Source: an uncultured Actinomycetota bacterium (GTDB lineage Bacteria; Actinomycetota; Acidimicrobiia; Acidimicrobiales; Bog-793). Taken from it: a stretch of DNA of 64,000 nt. Made by a program: the position numbers and the translations under genes. The number at the start of each line of letters is the position of its first letter. The stretch's first letter is position 1. Where the stretch lies: assembly GCA_963754255.1 (NCBI GenBank), contig CAVWEW010000008.1, forward strand, positions 462,757 to 526,756. Direction: 5' to 3'. Positions 20,043-31,398 of the stretch are shown one piece after another. The notes under the pieces are model-generated. The model worked only from the letters and a program-made list of their open reading frames with translations. It searched no databases and had not been told where the DNA came from.

Positions 20043-20711
20043 ATGAATTGCGTCACTTGCGAGCAGGAATTGCTCGTTCATGCAACGACGTGCGCGAACT
20101 GCGGTGCACCTGTGGCCGGCCAGTCAAACCCCGACAGGGAGCCGGTGGTGAGCACCTTGCCCGGCGGTGCTGCGAGCGCGCCCTTAGGCGGGAGCACGTT
20201 CCAGCAGACCACGTCGGGGCCGTCGGTGACGCCGGGCGGCGGGGGCGCACCGGGCGGAAGAGCCGCTACGACGCTCAAATTCGACGCCGGCAAACTGTCT
20301 CAAGCCGACAAGATCACCGGCGTCGCCTCGTTCATCCTGCTGATCTCGCTCTTCCTGCCGTGGTTCAGCGTCCACGTCGCGTTCGGCACCTACTCCGGAA
20401 GCGGCGAGTCCGTCCATGGCTATCTCTGGATCGTGTTCCTCCTCTGCCTCGGGCTCGTTGCCTACCTGGGGGCGCGGGCTTTCCTGCCGCAGCTGCCGTT
20501 CAAGCTGCCGCTCCCTCACGAGAGACTCGTGCTAGCGGTGACCGCCGTCAATCTCGTCCTCGTCGTCCTCGCTTTCGTCTTAAAGCCGGGCGGCTTCGGA
20601 CTTAGCGGAGTCGGATGGAGCTTTGGAGCATTCTTGGCGTTGATCGCTGCGGTCGTCGCGTGTGCGCCCTTGGCCGCGCCCGCCATTCAGGCCCGCCGCA
20701 AGACAACCTAG
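20043..20711 (+). CDS. zinc-ribbon domain membrane protein
   Basis: 222-aa ORF. It has an N-terminal CxxC...CxxC ribbon (MNCVTCEQELLVHATTCANCGAPV), a Pro/Gly linker, then about four hydrophobic helices. Confidence 0.6.
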   Translation: MNCVTCEQELLVHATTCANCGAPVAGQSNPDREPVVSTLPGGAASAPLGGSTFQQTTSGPSVTPGGGGAPGGRAATTLKFDAGKLSQADKITGVASFILLISLFLPWFSVHVAFGTYSGSGESVHGYLWIVFLLCLGLVAYLGARAFLPQLPFKLPLPHERLVLAVTAVNLVLVVLAFVLKPGGFGLSGVGWSFGAFLALIAAVVACAPLAAPAIQARRKTT

Positions 20712-21101
20712 TCCCGGCCCCGGCGAAACTGACTCTGACCGGGTAGCTGGGCGGGGAGGCCCCGAAGGTCGCCGTCATCGTCGAACCATGAGTCGAGGAC
20801 GTCAAATCCCGCCGCGTCAACGTCGGCCTCAGCGTCCGTAACGCTGCACGTCGGCAGGTAGGAAGCGCGACCGGCTCCAGCCCGAGACCGCCGCCCTATA
20901 CCTCCGCCGGCCGTCGACCCTGCGCGTCCCGCCGGTGGAGCCGGGACGCCACTCCGGTAGGTCCTTCGGGCGCCGGCAACACGCTCGGCACTCAGGCTGA
21001 GTTGGCGTGTTGCCCGGTGTGTGTCTCCAGGAGGCCGAAGTCTCTATTGCCCGGCTTTTGTGCGCCCAGCCGCCGGCCGCTCTTATCCCGGCAGGCACCG
21101 G

Positions 21102-21117
21102 TCGGCGCCCCTGGCAG
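21102..21117. repeat. 16-nt direct repeat TCGGCGCCCCTGGCAG, left flank of the IS (copy of the tRNA-Arg 3' end)
   Basis: It is identical to 22389-22404 and directly abuts the IS terminus TGT at 21118. Confidence 0.9.
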
Positions 21118-22388
21118 TGTCTGATTTCAGGACATAGTTCACAGGTGTCGCGAGACATAGTTCACACCTCGGAGCTGGAGGTGCGACATGTCCCTGGCAC
21201 GCCTTGTGATCACGGCGGTGACGATCGAGAAGCGCCCGAAGAGCGAGGTGGCCCGTGACTACGAGGTCTCCCGGCGCTGGGTGCAGAAGCTGGTCGCCCG
21301 CTACGAGGAAGAAGGCGAGGCGGCTTTCGAGCCGAGGTCACGGCGCCCGCGTTTCAGCCCGCGACAGCTCGACGAGCAGCTGGAGGGCGAGATCGTCACC
21401 CTCCGCAAGACGCTGGCCGACCAGGGTCTCGACGCTGGGGCGGCGACGATCGCCTACCACCTGGCTAAGGCTCGGGGCACCTCACCTTCTCCGGCGACGA
21501 TCTGGCGGGTGCTCTCCCGGCGAGGCTTTGTCCGACCGGAGCCGCACAAGCGTCCGAAGAGCTCGTATGTCAGGTTCGCCGCCGACCTGCCGAACGAGCG
21601 CTGGCAGGCCGACGTCACCCACGTGGCTTTGAAAAGCGGCGCCCTGGTCGAGGTGCTGAACCAGCTCGACGACCATTCCCGTTACCTCGTCGGCTCAGAC
21701 GCCGCCGTCGCCTTCAACGCCTTGAGCGTCGTCGAGAGCTTCGAGAAGGCCGGTGAGACATACGGGTTCCCCGCCAAGTACCTCACTGACAACGCGGCCG
21801 TGTTCACGGGCGCCTACCGGGGCCGGGGCTGGGTGGCCCTCGAGCGCCTGTGCATCTCGATGGGGATCGGCCTTCGCCACTCGAAGCCCTATCACCCCCA
21901 GACCTGCGGGAAGGTCGAGAGGTTCCACCAGACCTTGAAGAAGTGGCTCGCCAATCAAGAGCCGCCCAGGTCGATCGCCGAGTTGCAGGCACAGCTCGAC
22001 ACGTTCCGGGAGTACTACAACGACGTCCGTCCTCATCGTGGCATCGGGCGAAGGACCCCGGCGGAGGCTTTCAGCGCCCGGCCGAAGGATGGACCGAGAG
22101 GAGAGCCGACCTCCCTCGGCCACTACCGCGTGCGTCGCGACGTGATCGACGAAGGCGGCACGGTGAGCCTTCGTTACAACAGCCGCCTGTACCACGTGGG
22201 CCTCGGGCGAAAGCTCGCCGGCACCCGGGTGCTCGTTCTCGTCCACGAGCGGTCGATCCGGGTCATCACCGACGAAGGCGAACTCATACGGGAGCTCACA
22301 CTCGATCCCAGCCGGGACTACCAGCGACAGGGCTGAGGGTGTGAACTATGTCTCGAGACAGGTGCGCACGATGTCTCGCGACATCACA
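21118..22388 (+). mobile_element. IS481-family insertion sequence (1271 bp), apparently intact
   Basis: The termini are TGT...ACA with imperfect ~50-bp inverted repeats. The inner part (TGTCGCGAGACATAGTTCACACC on the left, complement TGTCTCGAGACATAGTTCACACC on the right) is nearly identical. It carries a single DDE transposase ORF and is flanked by a 16-nt direct repeat. Confidence 0.85.
21188..22336 (+). CDS. IS481-family DDE transposase (HTH plus rve integrase core)
   Basis: 382-aa ORF with an N-terminal HTH (SEVARDYEVSRRWVQKLVARYEEEG). The catalytic region reads ERWQADVTH ... LDDHSRY ... HPQTCGKVERFHQTLK, followed by YN..RPHRGIG. Confidence 0.9.
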   Translation: MSLARLVITAVTIEKRPKSEVARDYEVSRRWVQKLVARYEEEGEAAFEPRSRRPRFSPRQLDEQLEGEIVTLRKTLADQGLDAGAATIAYHLAKARGTSPSPATIWRVLSRRGFVRPEPHKRPKSSYVRFAADLPNERWQADVTHVALKSGALVEVLNQLDDHSRYLVGSDAAVAFNALSVVESFEKAGETYGFPAKYLTDNAAVFTGAYRGRGWVALERLCISMGIGLRHSKPYHPQTCGKVERFHQTLKKWLANQEPPRSIAELQAQLDTFREYYNDVRPHRGIGRRTPAEAFSARPKDGPRGEPTSLGHYRVRRDVIDEGGTVSLRYNSRLYHVGLGRKLAGTRVLVLVHERSIRVITDEGELIRELTLDPSRDYQRQG

Positions 22389-22404
22389 TCGGCGCCCCTG
22401 GCAG
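22389..22404. repeat. 16-nt direct repeat TCGGCGCCCCTGGCAG, right flank of the IS; overlaps the last 12 nt of tRNA-Arg
   Basis: It is identical to 21102-21117 and begins immediately after the IS terminus ACA at 22388. Confidence 0.9.
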
Positions 22405-22465
22405 GACTCGAACCTGCGGCACGCGGTTTAGGAAACCGCTGCTCTATCCTCTGAGCTACAGGGGC
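22393..22465 (-). tRNA. tRNA-Arg(CCT): tRNA-Arg (anticodon CCT)
   Basis: Manual cloverleaf on the reverse strand: GCCCCTG TA GCTC AGAGGATA GAGC A GCGGT TTCCTAA ACCGC GTGCC GCAGG TTCGAGT CCTGC CAGGGGC G. It has a 7-bp acceptor stem, a 4-bp D stem, a 5-bp anticodon stem and a 5-bp T stem with a TTCGAGT loop. CCA is not encoded. Confidence 0.95.
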
Positions 22466-22630
22466 CACGGCGGCGCGGGCGCCGAGCCGGAGGATCGTAG
22501 ATCGATCCTGGCGCACAGGCTAGGCATCATCTAGCGCCCCTCCGAACCGAGACCGGGACGGGCGCCGGCGGCTGCGCTTGGTGCCAGCGTCCCGAGGAGC
22601 CCTGCCAGAGGGCGGCCTTGTGCGTGACCC

Positions 22631-23449
22631 TCAAATCAGCTTTACGCAGCGCACCGGACCGACGTGCTCGGCGACGACGCCCCAGGACGACCCCTCGTCC
22701 TTTGATTCGAAGACCGTGCCGTCACGGGTGCCGAAGGCGACTCGGCCGTCGCGGGCGGAAAGTGAACCCGTGTCGATGTTGAAGGGGAACCATTCGGGCA
22801 GGCCGCGGGTGCACTTCTCGAAACCCTTCCCGAGCGACGCTCTGTAGATGGCTCCCGCCGTGGTGCTCGGCCCGGTGGAGGCGGTGACGTAGATGGTGTC
22901 GCCGTCGAGCGCCACTGCCCGGGCGTAAGAGCCCGCCAAGCCTTCCGTGCTCCACTGCCAAGTGGCGCCACGGTTCTCGCTCCATCCCGCTCCGATCGCG
23001 GCAGCCACTGCCACACGTCCCCACGCTGCCGTTACCTCGTGCACGTCGGCAGCGGGCTCGATGACCGCCCTCCAGCTGCTGCCTTCGTCATCGGAGGCCC
23101 ACACGCCCCCCACGTGCACATTGGCAAGCCATTGCCCGTCTTCGGCGACGGCGATCGATCGCAAATCCGGCGTCGGGCCGGCGGGGTTCTCCCACTCGGA
23201 GCGTCCGGGAAGGGAGTCGAATGAGGAGATCGGTCGCACCTGACTGCCGGACACCCGGACGAGCCGAGCACCCGTCATGCCGACGAGCAGGTCAACGCCA
23301 GGGTCGACACTTGCCTGGGCGGTGTCCTCCTGATGGTGACGCCTGAGGTGATGAGCCTTCCCGCTCGAGTCGGCCCCGCCGTCGTGATCGCCGGCCGCGT
23401 GCGCGGACGCGGTCGCCGGCGGACCCTCACTGGTGGCAACGACCGCCAT
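22631..23449 (-). CDS. BNR/Asp-box repeat beta-propeller protein (sialidase-fold-like, Ycf48-like)
   Basis: ORF 22631..23614. It has three Asp-box-like motifs (SDDEGSSWRAV, SENRGATWQW, SKDEGSSWGVV). The start is uncertain; ATG 23449 precedes a His-rich segment, and the upstream codons look non-coding. Confidence 0.6.
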   Translation of the reverse strand: MAVVATSEGPPATASAHAAGDHDGGADSSGKAHHLRRHHQEDTAQASVDPGVDLLVGMTGARLVRVSGSQVRPISSFDSLPGRSEWENPAGPTPDLRSIAVAEDGQWLANVHVGGVWASDDEGSSWRAVIEPAADVHEVTAAWGRVAVAAAIGAGWSENRGATWQWSTEGLAGSYARAVALDGDTIYVTASTGPSTTAGAIYRASLGKGFEKCTRGLPEWFPFNIDTGSLSARDGRVAFGTRDGTVFESKDEGSSWGVVAEHVGPVRCVKLI

Positions 23450-23796
23450 CGACTGCCCGCTCGGCTCGGGCAGAGCCGCCCTGGGCTGGCAGTCGAACTC
23501 ATCGATGCAGTCGACACGCTCCGGCGTCGAGCATGGCGAAGGCCTGTCCGCCGCCGACGGCAAGAGCCGTGACCGATGTGTCCTCGGCAATCGTGAAGGA
23601 GCGGTCGAGGTCAAGCAAGCTGCGGTTCGTTCCTACGAGCAACAAAGTGATCTCTCCTCTGGTAGAGCCTGCTCATGGCCACAAGGCGGTCCCCAATGGT
23701 CGCGCTCGTGGCGAGATCGGTGCCGCCGCCACGTGAACCCGGCCGCTACCCGTGGCGACCCGACCGGAGGGCGCCGCGCGGCGCCGCGCTCTGGTC

Positions 23797-24606
23797 TCAT
23801 GCTCCGCGCTTGGCTGCCGTCGGCGGTGGCTCGACCAGCGGGTACTTCGGGTCCATCTCCGTCAGAACCCGGATCAACACGCCCGCTATGGCCCAGTTGC
23901 GAAACCACTTGTGGTCGGCCGGGATGATGTACCAGGGTGACTCCTCGGTCGAGGTGCGCTCGAGCATCTCCGTAAAGGCAGCCTCGTACTCGTCCCAGTG
24001 TTGCTGGTCCGTCAGATCGGACGCCTGTAGCTTCCAACGCTTGTCGGGTTGGTCGAGGCGCGCCTGAAGGCGCTTCGACTGTTCGGCGGGCGAGATGTGG
24101 AGGAGGAACTTGACGATCCTCGTCCTGCGATCGCTCAGGAGCCGCTCGAAGGCGTTTATGTGCTCATACCGCGCCCGCCAGACATGATCTGGCTCAAGAT
24201 TGTGCACCCGCACGACCAGCACGTCCTCGTAATGGGAGCGGTTGAAGATCACGATCTCGCCGGTTCGTGGCACTTGCTGGTGCACTCGCCACAGGAAGTC
24301 GTGCGCCAGCTCAACCGAAGTGGGCACGCCGAAGGTGGCCACCCGGGCCGCGCAAGGATCGAGGCCTCTGAACACATGGCGGATTGCGCCGTCCTTGCCT
24401 GAGGTGTCGATGCCCTGCAGCACGACGAGCAGCGACTGCCGCTTCTCGGCGAACAGCCTGGCCTGGAGCGCGCCCAGCTCGACATGTTGCTCGGCGAAGG
24501 CGGCGACAGTCTCGGCCTTGTCGCCCGGGGCACCCTTGGTGGAGGCCGGGTTCCTGCTTTTGAGCTCCGGCGCCTCACCCGGTCGGAGGAGAAACGGGTC
24601 CGGCAT
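23797..24606 (-). CDS. polyphosphate kinase 2 (PPK2) family protein
   Basis: This is the C-terminal 269 codons of ORF 23797..26133, starting at ATG 24606 (MPDPFLLRPGE). It has a Walker A-like GIDTSGKDG, FNRSHYEDVL, and WYIIPADHKWFRNWA. The remaining ~500 N-terminal codons of the ORF are antisense to the ABC transporter genes. Confidence 0.85.
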   Translation of the reverse strand: MPDPFLLRPGEAPELKSRNPASTKGAPGDKAETVAAFAEQHVELGALQARLFAEKRQSLLVVLQGIDTSGKDGAIRHVFRGLDPCAARVATFGVPTSVELAHDFLWRVHQQVPRTGEIVIFNRSHYEDVLVVRVHNLEPDHVWRARYEHINAFERLLSDRRTRIVKFLLHISPAEQSKRLQARLDQPDKRWKLQASDLTDQQHWDEYEAAFTEMLERTSTEESPWYIIPADHKWFRNWAIAGVLIRVLTEMDPKYPLVEPPPTAAKRGA

Positions 24607-24822
24607 CCCGCCATCCCACCACACCCCGCCGGTCGGCCGTCGGACCCGGCTGCGGGGAACCGATGCCGCTCGGTTGATCGGAGGCCGCCCCATGGCCTCA
24701 CGTGGAACCCGAGGCTCGAACCGGTGCTGCCACGTCATCGGTCCCCGGTCGAGCAGGTAGATATGTGTTAAGCCACGAGTTCTCCGCCTTCCCCGCCGAA
24801 AATGCCCTCCGAGGAAAATGAC

Positions 24823-25818
24823 ATGGTTCACGCCATCGAAGCCCATGACCTGGTCAAGGTGTTCAAGGGCGGCGTCACGGCGCTCGACGGCGTCTCGCTC
24901 GTGGTGGAGTCCGGCACAGTCTTCGGACTGCTCGGGCCGAACGGCGCCGGCAAGACGACGGCGGTCCGCATCCTCACCACGATCCTGCGGCCGGACTCCG
25001 GGGCCGCCACGGTCCTCGGTCACGATGTCGTCCGGGACGCGGCCCTCGTGCGAGCATCGATCGGCCTCGCCGGGCAGTACGCAGCGGTCGACGAGAACCT
25101 GACCGGCCGGGAGAACGTCCGCCTCATCGGTCAGCTGACCCATCTCTCGAGGAGGTTCGCCACTCAGCGGGCCGATGAGCTGCTCGAGCAGTTCGAGCTG
25201 ACCGACGCGGCCAACCGCCCGGTCAAGACGTACTCGGGTGGCATGCGCCGGCGCCTCGACCTGGCCGCCGCGCTCGTCGACCGGCCGCCGGTGCTCTTCC
25301 TCGACGAGCCCACGACCGGCCTCGACCCGTACAGCCGGATGGCTTTGTGGGGGGTCATCGAGGAGCTGACCGGCGCCGGCACAACGGTGCTTTTGACGAC
25401 GCAGTACCTCGAGGAGGCCGACCGGCTGGCCGACCGGCTCGCCGTCGTCGACCACGGCCGTGTCATCGCGGAGGGAACCTCCGCTGAGCTGAAGGCGAAT
25501 CTCGGCGCCACAGTCCTCGACATCGACATGGGCGCGCCCGAGCAGGCGGTCCAGGCAACGAGGATCCTCTCCGAGCTCACGCGGCGCTTCGACCGGGAGC
25601 CCGTCCTGCAGGGCACGATCGTGGAGCTGGCCCTTGACGGGGGAGCCCGCATGGTGACCGAGGCGCTCGTCCGCCTCGACGAGGCCGGTCTCGTCCCGGC
25701 GACTCTCGCCATGCGCGAGCCGAGCCTCGACGACGTCTTCCTCTCCTTGACCGGCCACGGGGCCAGCGAAGTGGACGGTGCCGCCGAGATGGCAACCGAA
25801 GCGAGAGGGAAACGATGA
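24823..25818 (+). CDS. ABC transporter ATP-binding protein (DrrA-like, ABC-2 exporter)
   Basis: ORF 24802..25818. I chose ATG 24823, which follows GAGGA. It has Walker A GPNGAGKTT, the signature YSGGMRRRL and Walker B VLFLDEPTTGLD. Confidence 0.9.
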   Translation: MVHAIEAHDLVKVFKGGVTALDGVSLVVESGTVFGLLGPNGAGKTTAVRILTTILRPDSGAATVLGHDVVRDAALVRASIGLAGQYAAVDENLTGRENVRLIGQLTHLSRRFATQRADELLEQFELTDAANRPVKTYSGGMRRRLDLAAALVDRPPVLFLDEPTTGLDPYSRMALWGVIEELTGAGTTVLLTTQYLEEADRLADRLAVVDHGRVIAEGTSAELKANLGATVLDIDMGAPEQAVQATRILSELTRRFDREPVLQGTIVELALDGGARMVTEALVRLDEAGLVPATLAMREPSLDDVFLSLTGHGASEVDGAAEMATEARGKR

Positions 25819-26643
25819 GCACGACGACCATGACCATCGCCACGCCGGCACCGACGGCGCGGGCTCGCACGACACCGTGGCGACGCCCTCATCGACATCC
25901 TCGTCATCACCGAGCGCAACTTGATCGCCTTGACCCGGATTCCCGAGGCGCTGTTCTTCTCGAGCGTGCAGCCGGTGATGTTCGTCCTGCTGTTCCGCTA
26001 TGTCTTCGGGGGGGCCATCCGCGTCACGAACATCCCTGGGGGATACGTCAACTTCCTCATGCCGGGCGTATTCGTGCAGACGGTGGCCTTCGGCGCCGTC
26101 TCCACCGCCATCGGGCTCGCCGAAGACCTGCAAAAGGGAATCATCGAGCGGTTCCGGTCACTCCCGATGGCCCGTTCGGCCGTCCTGGCCGGCCGCACCC
26201 TGGCCGACCTTGCCCGGAACGTCGGCGTGGTGGCGATCATCACAGCTGTCGGCTACGCAGTGGGATTCCGTATCGAGAGTGTGGCGGGCTACTTCGCCGG
26301 GATAGGGCTCCTGCTGTTGTTCGCGTATGCCCTCTCGTGGGGCTTTGCCGTGATCGGCTTGTCGGCGGCCAACAGCGAAACGGCTCAGGTCATGTCCTTC
26401 CCCCTCCTCTTCCCGCTCACATTCGCCGCCGGGACGTTCGTCCCGGTGTCGTCGATGCCGGGCTGGCTGCGCGGTTTCGCTACCTATCAGCCGGTGAGCG
26501 AAGCCGTGGCTGCGGCACGCTCTCTGATGGTCGGCGGCCCCGGGCCGGCCGCCAACCACGTCATAGCCACGCTGCTGTGGGGCGTGGGGATCCTCGTCGT
26601 GCTGGTGCCGGTAGCCGTGTGGAGGTACCGGACGAGAGCCTGA
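25815..26643 (+). CDS. ABC-2 type transporter permease (possible frameshift near 25875, or alternatively a TTG start at 25921)
   Basis: ORF 25921..26643 has about 6 TM helices and a typical ABC-2 N-terminus (..ERNLIALTRIPEALFFSSVQPVMFVLLF). ATG 25815 overlaps the ATPase stop (ATGA), but after about 20 codons it is out of frame with the membrane domain, whose frame is open from 25834 without a start codon. Confidence 0.75.
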
Positions 26644-26651
26644 GCGACAGC

Positions 26652-28215
<1,564 letters not shown>

Positions 28216-28359
28216 GACACATCGTAGGCGGTCGGACGTCCGAGAGGGGCCTTCCGGTTGGGCGCCGGTCCGGTGGCGGGGCGGGGGTGCCGCCGGCGGC
28301 GTCCACGGCGGCGTCAGCCGCCGAAGCGACATCGCCGGCGGTCTCGCGGTACACAGCCG

Positions 28360-29205
28360 TCAACTGCCGAAGAGCCGCAGCCATTCGTCGGCGCTGCGCG
28401 GAGCAAGGACTGGGTTGTGGAGCTTCGTCTCGCCGAGTGTGGCCGACGGCTCCTTTGAGTAGAGGTGACCCGGGTAGACGACCGTGTCGTCGGGCAACCG
28501 GGCGAGCCGGTTGACGAGGGTGTCGTACATGGCGGCCGGGTCGCTGCCGGGAAGGTCGGTGCGGCCGCAGCCGTTCAGGAAGAGGGTGTCGCCGGCAACG
28601 AGTTTGCCGTCAACGAGGAAGCACTGGCTGCCCGGCGTATGGCCGGGGGTGTGCACGAGGCGGATCGTCACTGCGCCCACCTCGACGACGTCGTCAGAGT
28701 CGTGCTCGACGAGAGCGTCTTGGCCGAGGCCGGCCGATCTCATGACCCAGGGTGTCTCTGCCTGCTGTACGTGGACCGGAACGTCTACCCGCTCGAGCAG
28801 GTCGGCGAGGCCCTTGATCGTGTAGCCGAACAGGTCACCGCCGACATGATCGGCGTGGTAGTGGGTGGCGAGCACCCCTACGAGGCGCAACCCGGCCTCC
28901 TCGACCAGGTCGACCACCTCGCCGGGCGCGTAGGCCGGATCCACTGCCACCGCCTCGCCGGTCTCCCGGTCGCCGATGACATAGACGAAGTTGACCATCT
29001 GTCGAGCGATCGGGTCGGCACGGGCGAAGTCCCGGCCCGCGAGCAGCTGCCGGAAGTAGAGCCGGTCGCCCCCGACGCGGCGGATCTCCGCGGCCGCGTC
29101 GGCCGGCGCCGTGCGCCCGTCTTGCGTGCTGCTCCCGTTCCCTTCCGCTCCGGCGCCGGCCCGGCCCTCACTCCTCGCCGCCGGCTCGTCCCTGCCCTCT
29201 GTCAT
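28360..29205 (-). CDS. MBL-fold metallo-hydrolase (glyoxalase II-like)
   Basis: This is the part of ORF 28360..29457 from ATG 29205 (MTEGRDE). It has the THYHADHVGG motif, HTPGHTPGS, and a C-terminal GH. The upstream 84 codons belong to the decayed binding-protein gene. Confidence 0.8.
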   Translation of the reverse strand: MTEGRDEPAARSEGRAGAGAEGNGSSTQDGRTAPADAAAEIRRVGGDRLYFRQLLAGRDFARADPIARQMVNFVYVIGDRETGEAVAVDPAYAPGEVVDLVEEAGLRLVGVLATHYHADHVGGDLFGYTIKGLADLLERVDVPVHVQQAETPWVMRSAGLGQDALVEHDSDDVVEVGAVTIRLVHTPGHTPGSQCFLVDGKLVAGDTLFLNGCGRTDLPGSDPAAMYDTLVNRLARLPDDTVVYPGHLYSKEPSATLGETKLHNPVLAPRSADEWLRLFGS

Positions 29206-30176
29206 CGCACGATCCTCCGTGATCTCGAGTACCCGACATACGCCCGTGGAGGCGACGAGGCGCTGCCCGCTGAGCAATGCTGACAACGCCTCGGCGCCTT
29301 CCACCAGTCGGGGGCCGGGGCGGGAGAACCAGAGCCGCCCGTCGAAGGCGGCCACCCGGGGTCGCCGCCGAGGCGCCGGCCGGCCCCGGGGCGAACCAGG
29401 CCGCCACGTCCCGCGCAGCGTCGGCCGCCGCCTCGAGCCCGAGACCGCAGGGGGCAACCACCACGAAATCCGGTCGGGCTGCAGACCACGGCGCCGACCG
29501 TCACCTGGCGCGAGGGGACGGGTCCGGCGCCAGGCTCGCGCTCGCCGCCGCCGAGGACAGCCTCACCCCCGGCCGCTTCCACGAGCTCCGGGACCCAGTT
29601 GCCGGCGACAAAGGGAGGATCGACCCAGTCGAGGACGACGACGCGGGGGCGCCGGCCACCCGAGTGGCGCAGGCGAGGGCGGCCGAGGTCGGCGAGACGC
29701 CGCCGGCACGACGACTCGAGAGCTTCCCCGGCCTCTCCGGCGCCGACGGCGTGGCCGATCCGGGCGAAGGTCGACAGCACGTCCTCCAGCCCTTCCGGGT
29801 CGAGAGAGACGACCTCGCATGAAAGTCCCCGGCCGGCGAGGGCGGAGGTGACCTCAGCTGGAGGGCACCGCACACACGGTGCAGTGGTCCTGGGCGAACA
29901 CGACCTCGGGCGCCAGCGAGACGATGGCGGCGACGTCGAGGTTGTAGAGGGATCCGCCCGCTTGCGAGCTGCTCGCGCACGGCCAGGTCGGCGCCGGCCG
30001 GATCAGCCGCGGCCGCCGCCGGGTCGATCAGGCCGCCGGTGACGACAGGCCGGGGCCGTTGCCGGGTCGGGCTGGTCACAGTCGGAGCTGATCCCGACGA
30101 GCGCATCCGCCGCGCCGAGCGCGACGAGGGTGTCGGTGGCAGAGGGGACGAGCGAGATCGCTCGCCGCAGGCTCAC
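29206..30176 (-). pseudogene. BtuF/FhuD-like (cobalamin/siderophore-type) binding-protein gene broken by at least four frame changes
   Basis: Conserved blocks appear in successive different frames going from 30176 down to 29206: VSLRRAISLVPSATDTLVALGAADALVGISSDCDQP; VVTGGLIDPAAAA; SLYNLDVAAIVSLAPEVVFAQDHCTVCAV; PPAEVTSAL...VVVLDWVDPPFVAGNWVPELVEAAGGEAVLG; VVVAPCGLGLEAAADAARDV; AAFDGRLWFSRPGPRLVEGAEALSALL. The last block runs in frame into the MBL gene without a stop. Confidence 0.65.
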
Positions 30177-31398
30177 CGCCGGCGCCGCGAACCGGTCTTT
30201 ACCGTGCTGCGGCCGTTTGTGGCGCCGGCGCGCTCAGAGACATGACCCTGGCGATGGTCCCACCCGGACAGGTCGGCGAGGCGGGGATCGTTGGAGAAGA
30301 CCTCCACCAGGCGCACCTCGAGCCCGATCCGCTTGCCGAGCCGCTCGATGGCCAGCTCCTGGTCCCACAGCACGAGCGTGACGGCGACGCCGCCCTCGCC
30401 CGCCCTGCGCCGTGCGGCCGGAACGGTGCAGGTACGCCTTGTGGTCCTCCGGCGGGTCGTAGTGGACGACGACGTCGACTCCGTCGATGTCGAGGCCCCG
30501 GGCCGCCACGTCGGTGGCCACGAGCGCCGGCAGATCCCCGGCCGAGAACTGCTGGAGCGCCTTCTCGCGGGCCGATTGGCGCAGATCGCCATGGATCGCC
30601 GCCACCCGGACGCCTTCGCTGTGGAGGTCGGCGACCAGACGGTCGGCTCCGCGCTTGGTCCGCACGAAGCAGAGCGTCTTCGAGGCCCCGGCCACGATGG
30701 CGGCGCAGACCTTTGCCTTGTCCATCTGGTGCACCTTCAAGAAGACGTGCTGCATCTCCTCCACGGTGACCTGCCGCGCCCTCACCTCGTGCTGGACGGG
30801 GTTGTTCAGGTGGCGCCGGACGACCTGGTCGACGGCCGAGTCGAGCGTGGCCGAGAAGAGCAGCGTCTGGCGGCCGGCCGGCATGTGGCGCAGCAGCCAC
30901 TCGACCTGCGGCAAGAAACCCATATCGGCCATCCGGTCAGCCTCGTCCACCACGAGCATCTTGATGGCGGCTAGGGAGACGACCTTCCGGTCGACGAGGT
31001 CGATCAGCCGGCCCGGCGTGGCCACGACCACGTCGATGCCCCGTCCGAGGCGGCGCATCTGGCCGTCCATGTCGCTTCCGCCGTAGACGGTGGTCACCCG
31101 GCGATCGACGGCCCGGGCGAGCGGCACGAGCACCTCGGCCACCTGGACGGCGAGCTCCCGGGTCGGCACGAGCACGAGAGCGGTCGGCCTTCCTGGCTTG
31201 GCGTGCGGCCGCTCGCATCAGGAGCGGGAGACCGAAGGCGAGCGTCTTTCCCGAGCCGGTCTTCGCCTTGCCGCACACGTCGTGCCCGGCGAGGGCATCG
31301 GCGATCGTCAGCTCCTGAACAGGGAAGGGAGCGACGATCCCTTGACTGAGCAGGGCTGCTACGAGCTCGGGAGCGACGCCTAGTTCGGCGAAAGTCAC
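30173..31398 (-). CDS. DEAD-box ATP-dependent RNA helicase, two apparent frameshifts (about 31200 and about 30406)
   Basis: The Q motif and motif I are in ORF 30937..31398 (FPVQE, AKTGSGKT). PTRELA, DEAD, SAT, ARGLDI and HRSGRTA are in ORF 30234..31175. The C-terminus (RAGEGGVAVTLVLWDQE...) continues in the frame of ORF 30173..30592. Confidence 0.85.

Noticed and set aside
20715-21100. The sequence between the zinc-ribbon gene and the IS might have held an integrase or small-gene remnant (the minus-strand frame ends ..VDAAGFDVLDSWFDDDGDLRG..).
   Set aside because: The open frame has no start codon. Upstream it becomes Arg/Gly-rich, and I recognise no recombinase motifs. The evidence is insufficient.
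24607-26133. The N-terminal ~500 codons of the 778-aa ORF 23797..26133 could have been a giant fusion protein.
   Set aside because: Only the last 269 codons are PPK2-like. The rest is Arg/Gly/Asp-rich and lies exactly antisense to the well-supported ABC ATPase and permease genes. It is a typical shadow ORF of GC-rich DNA.
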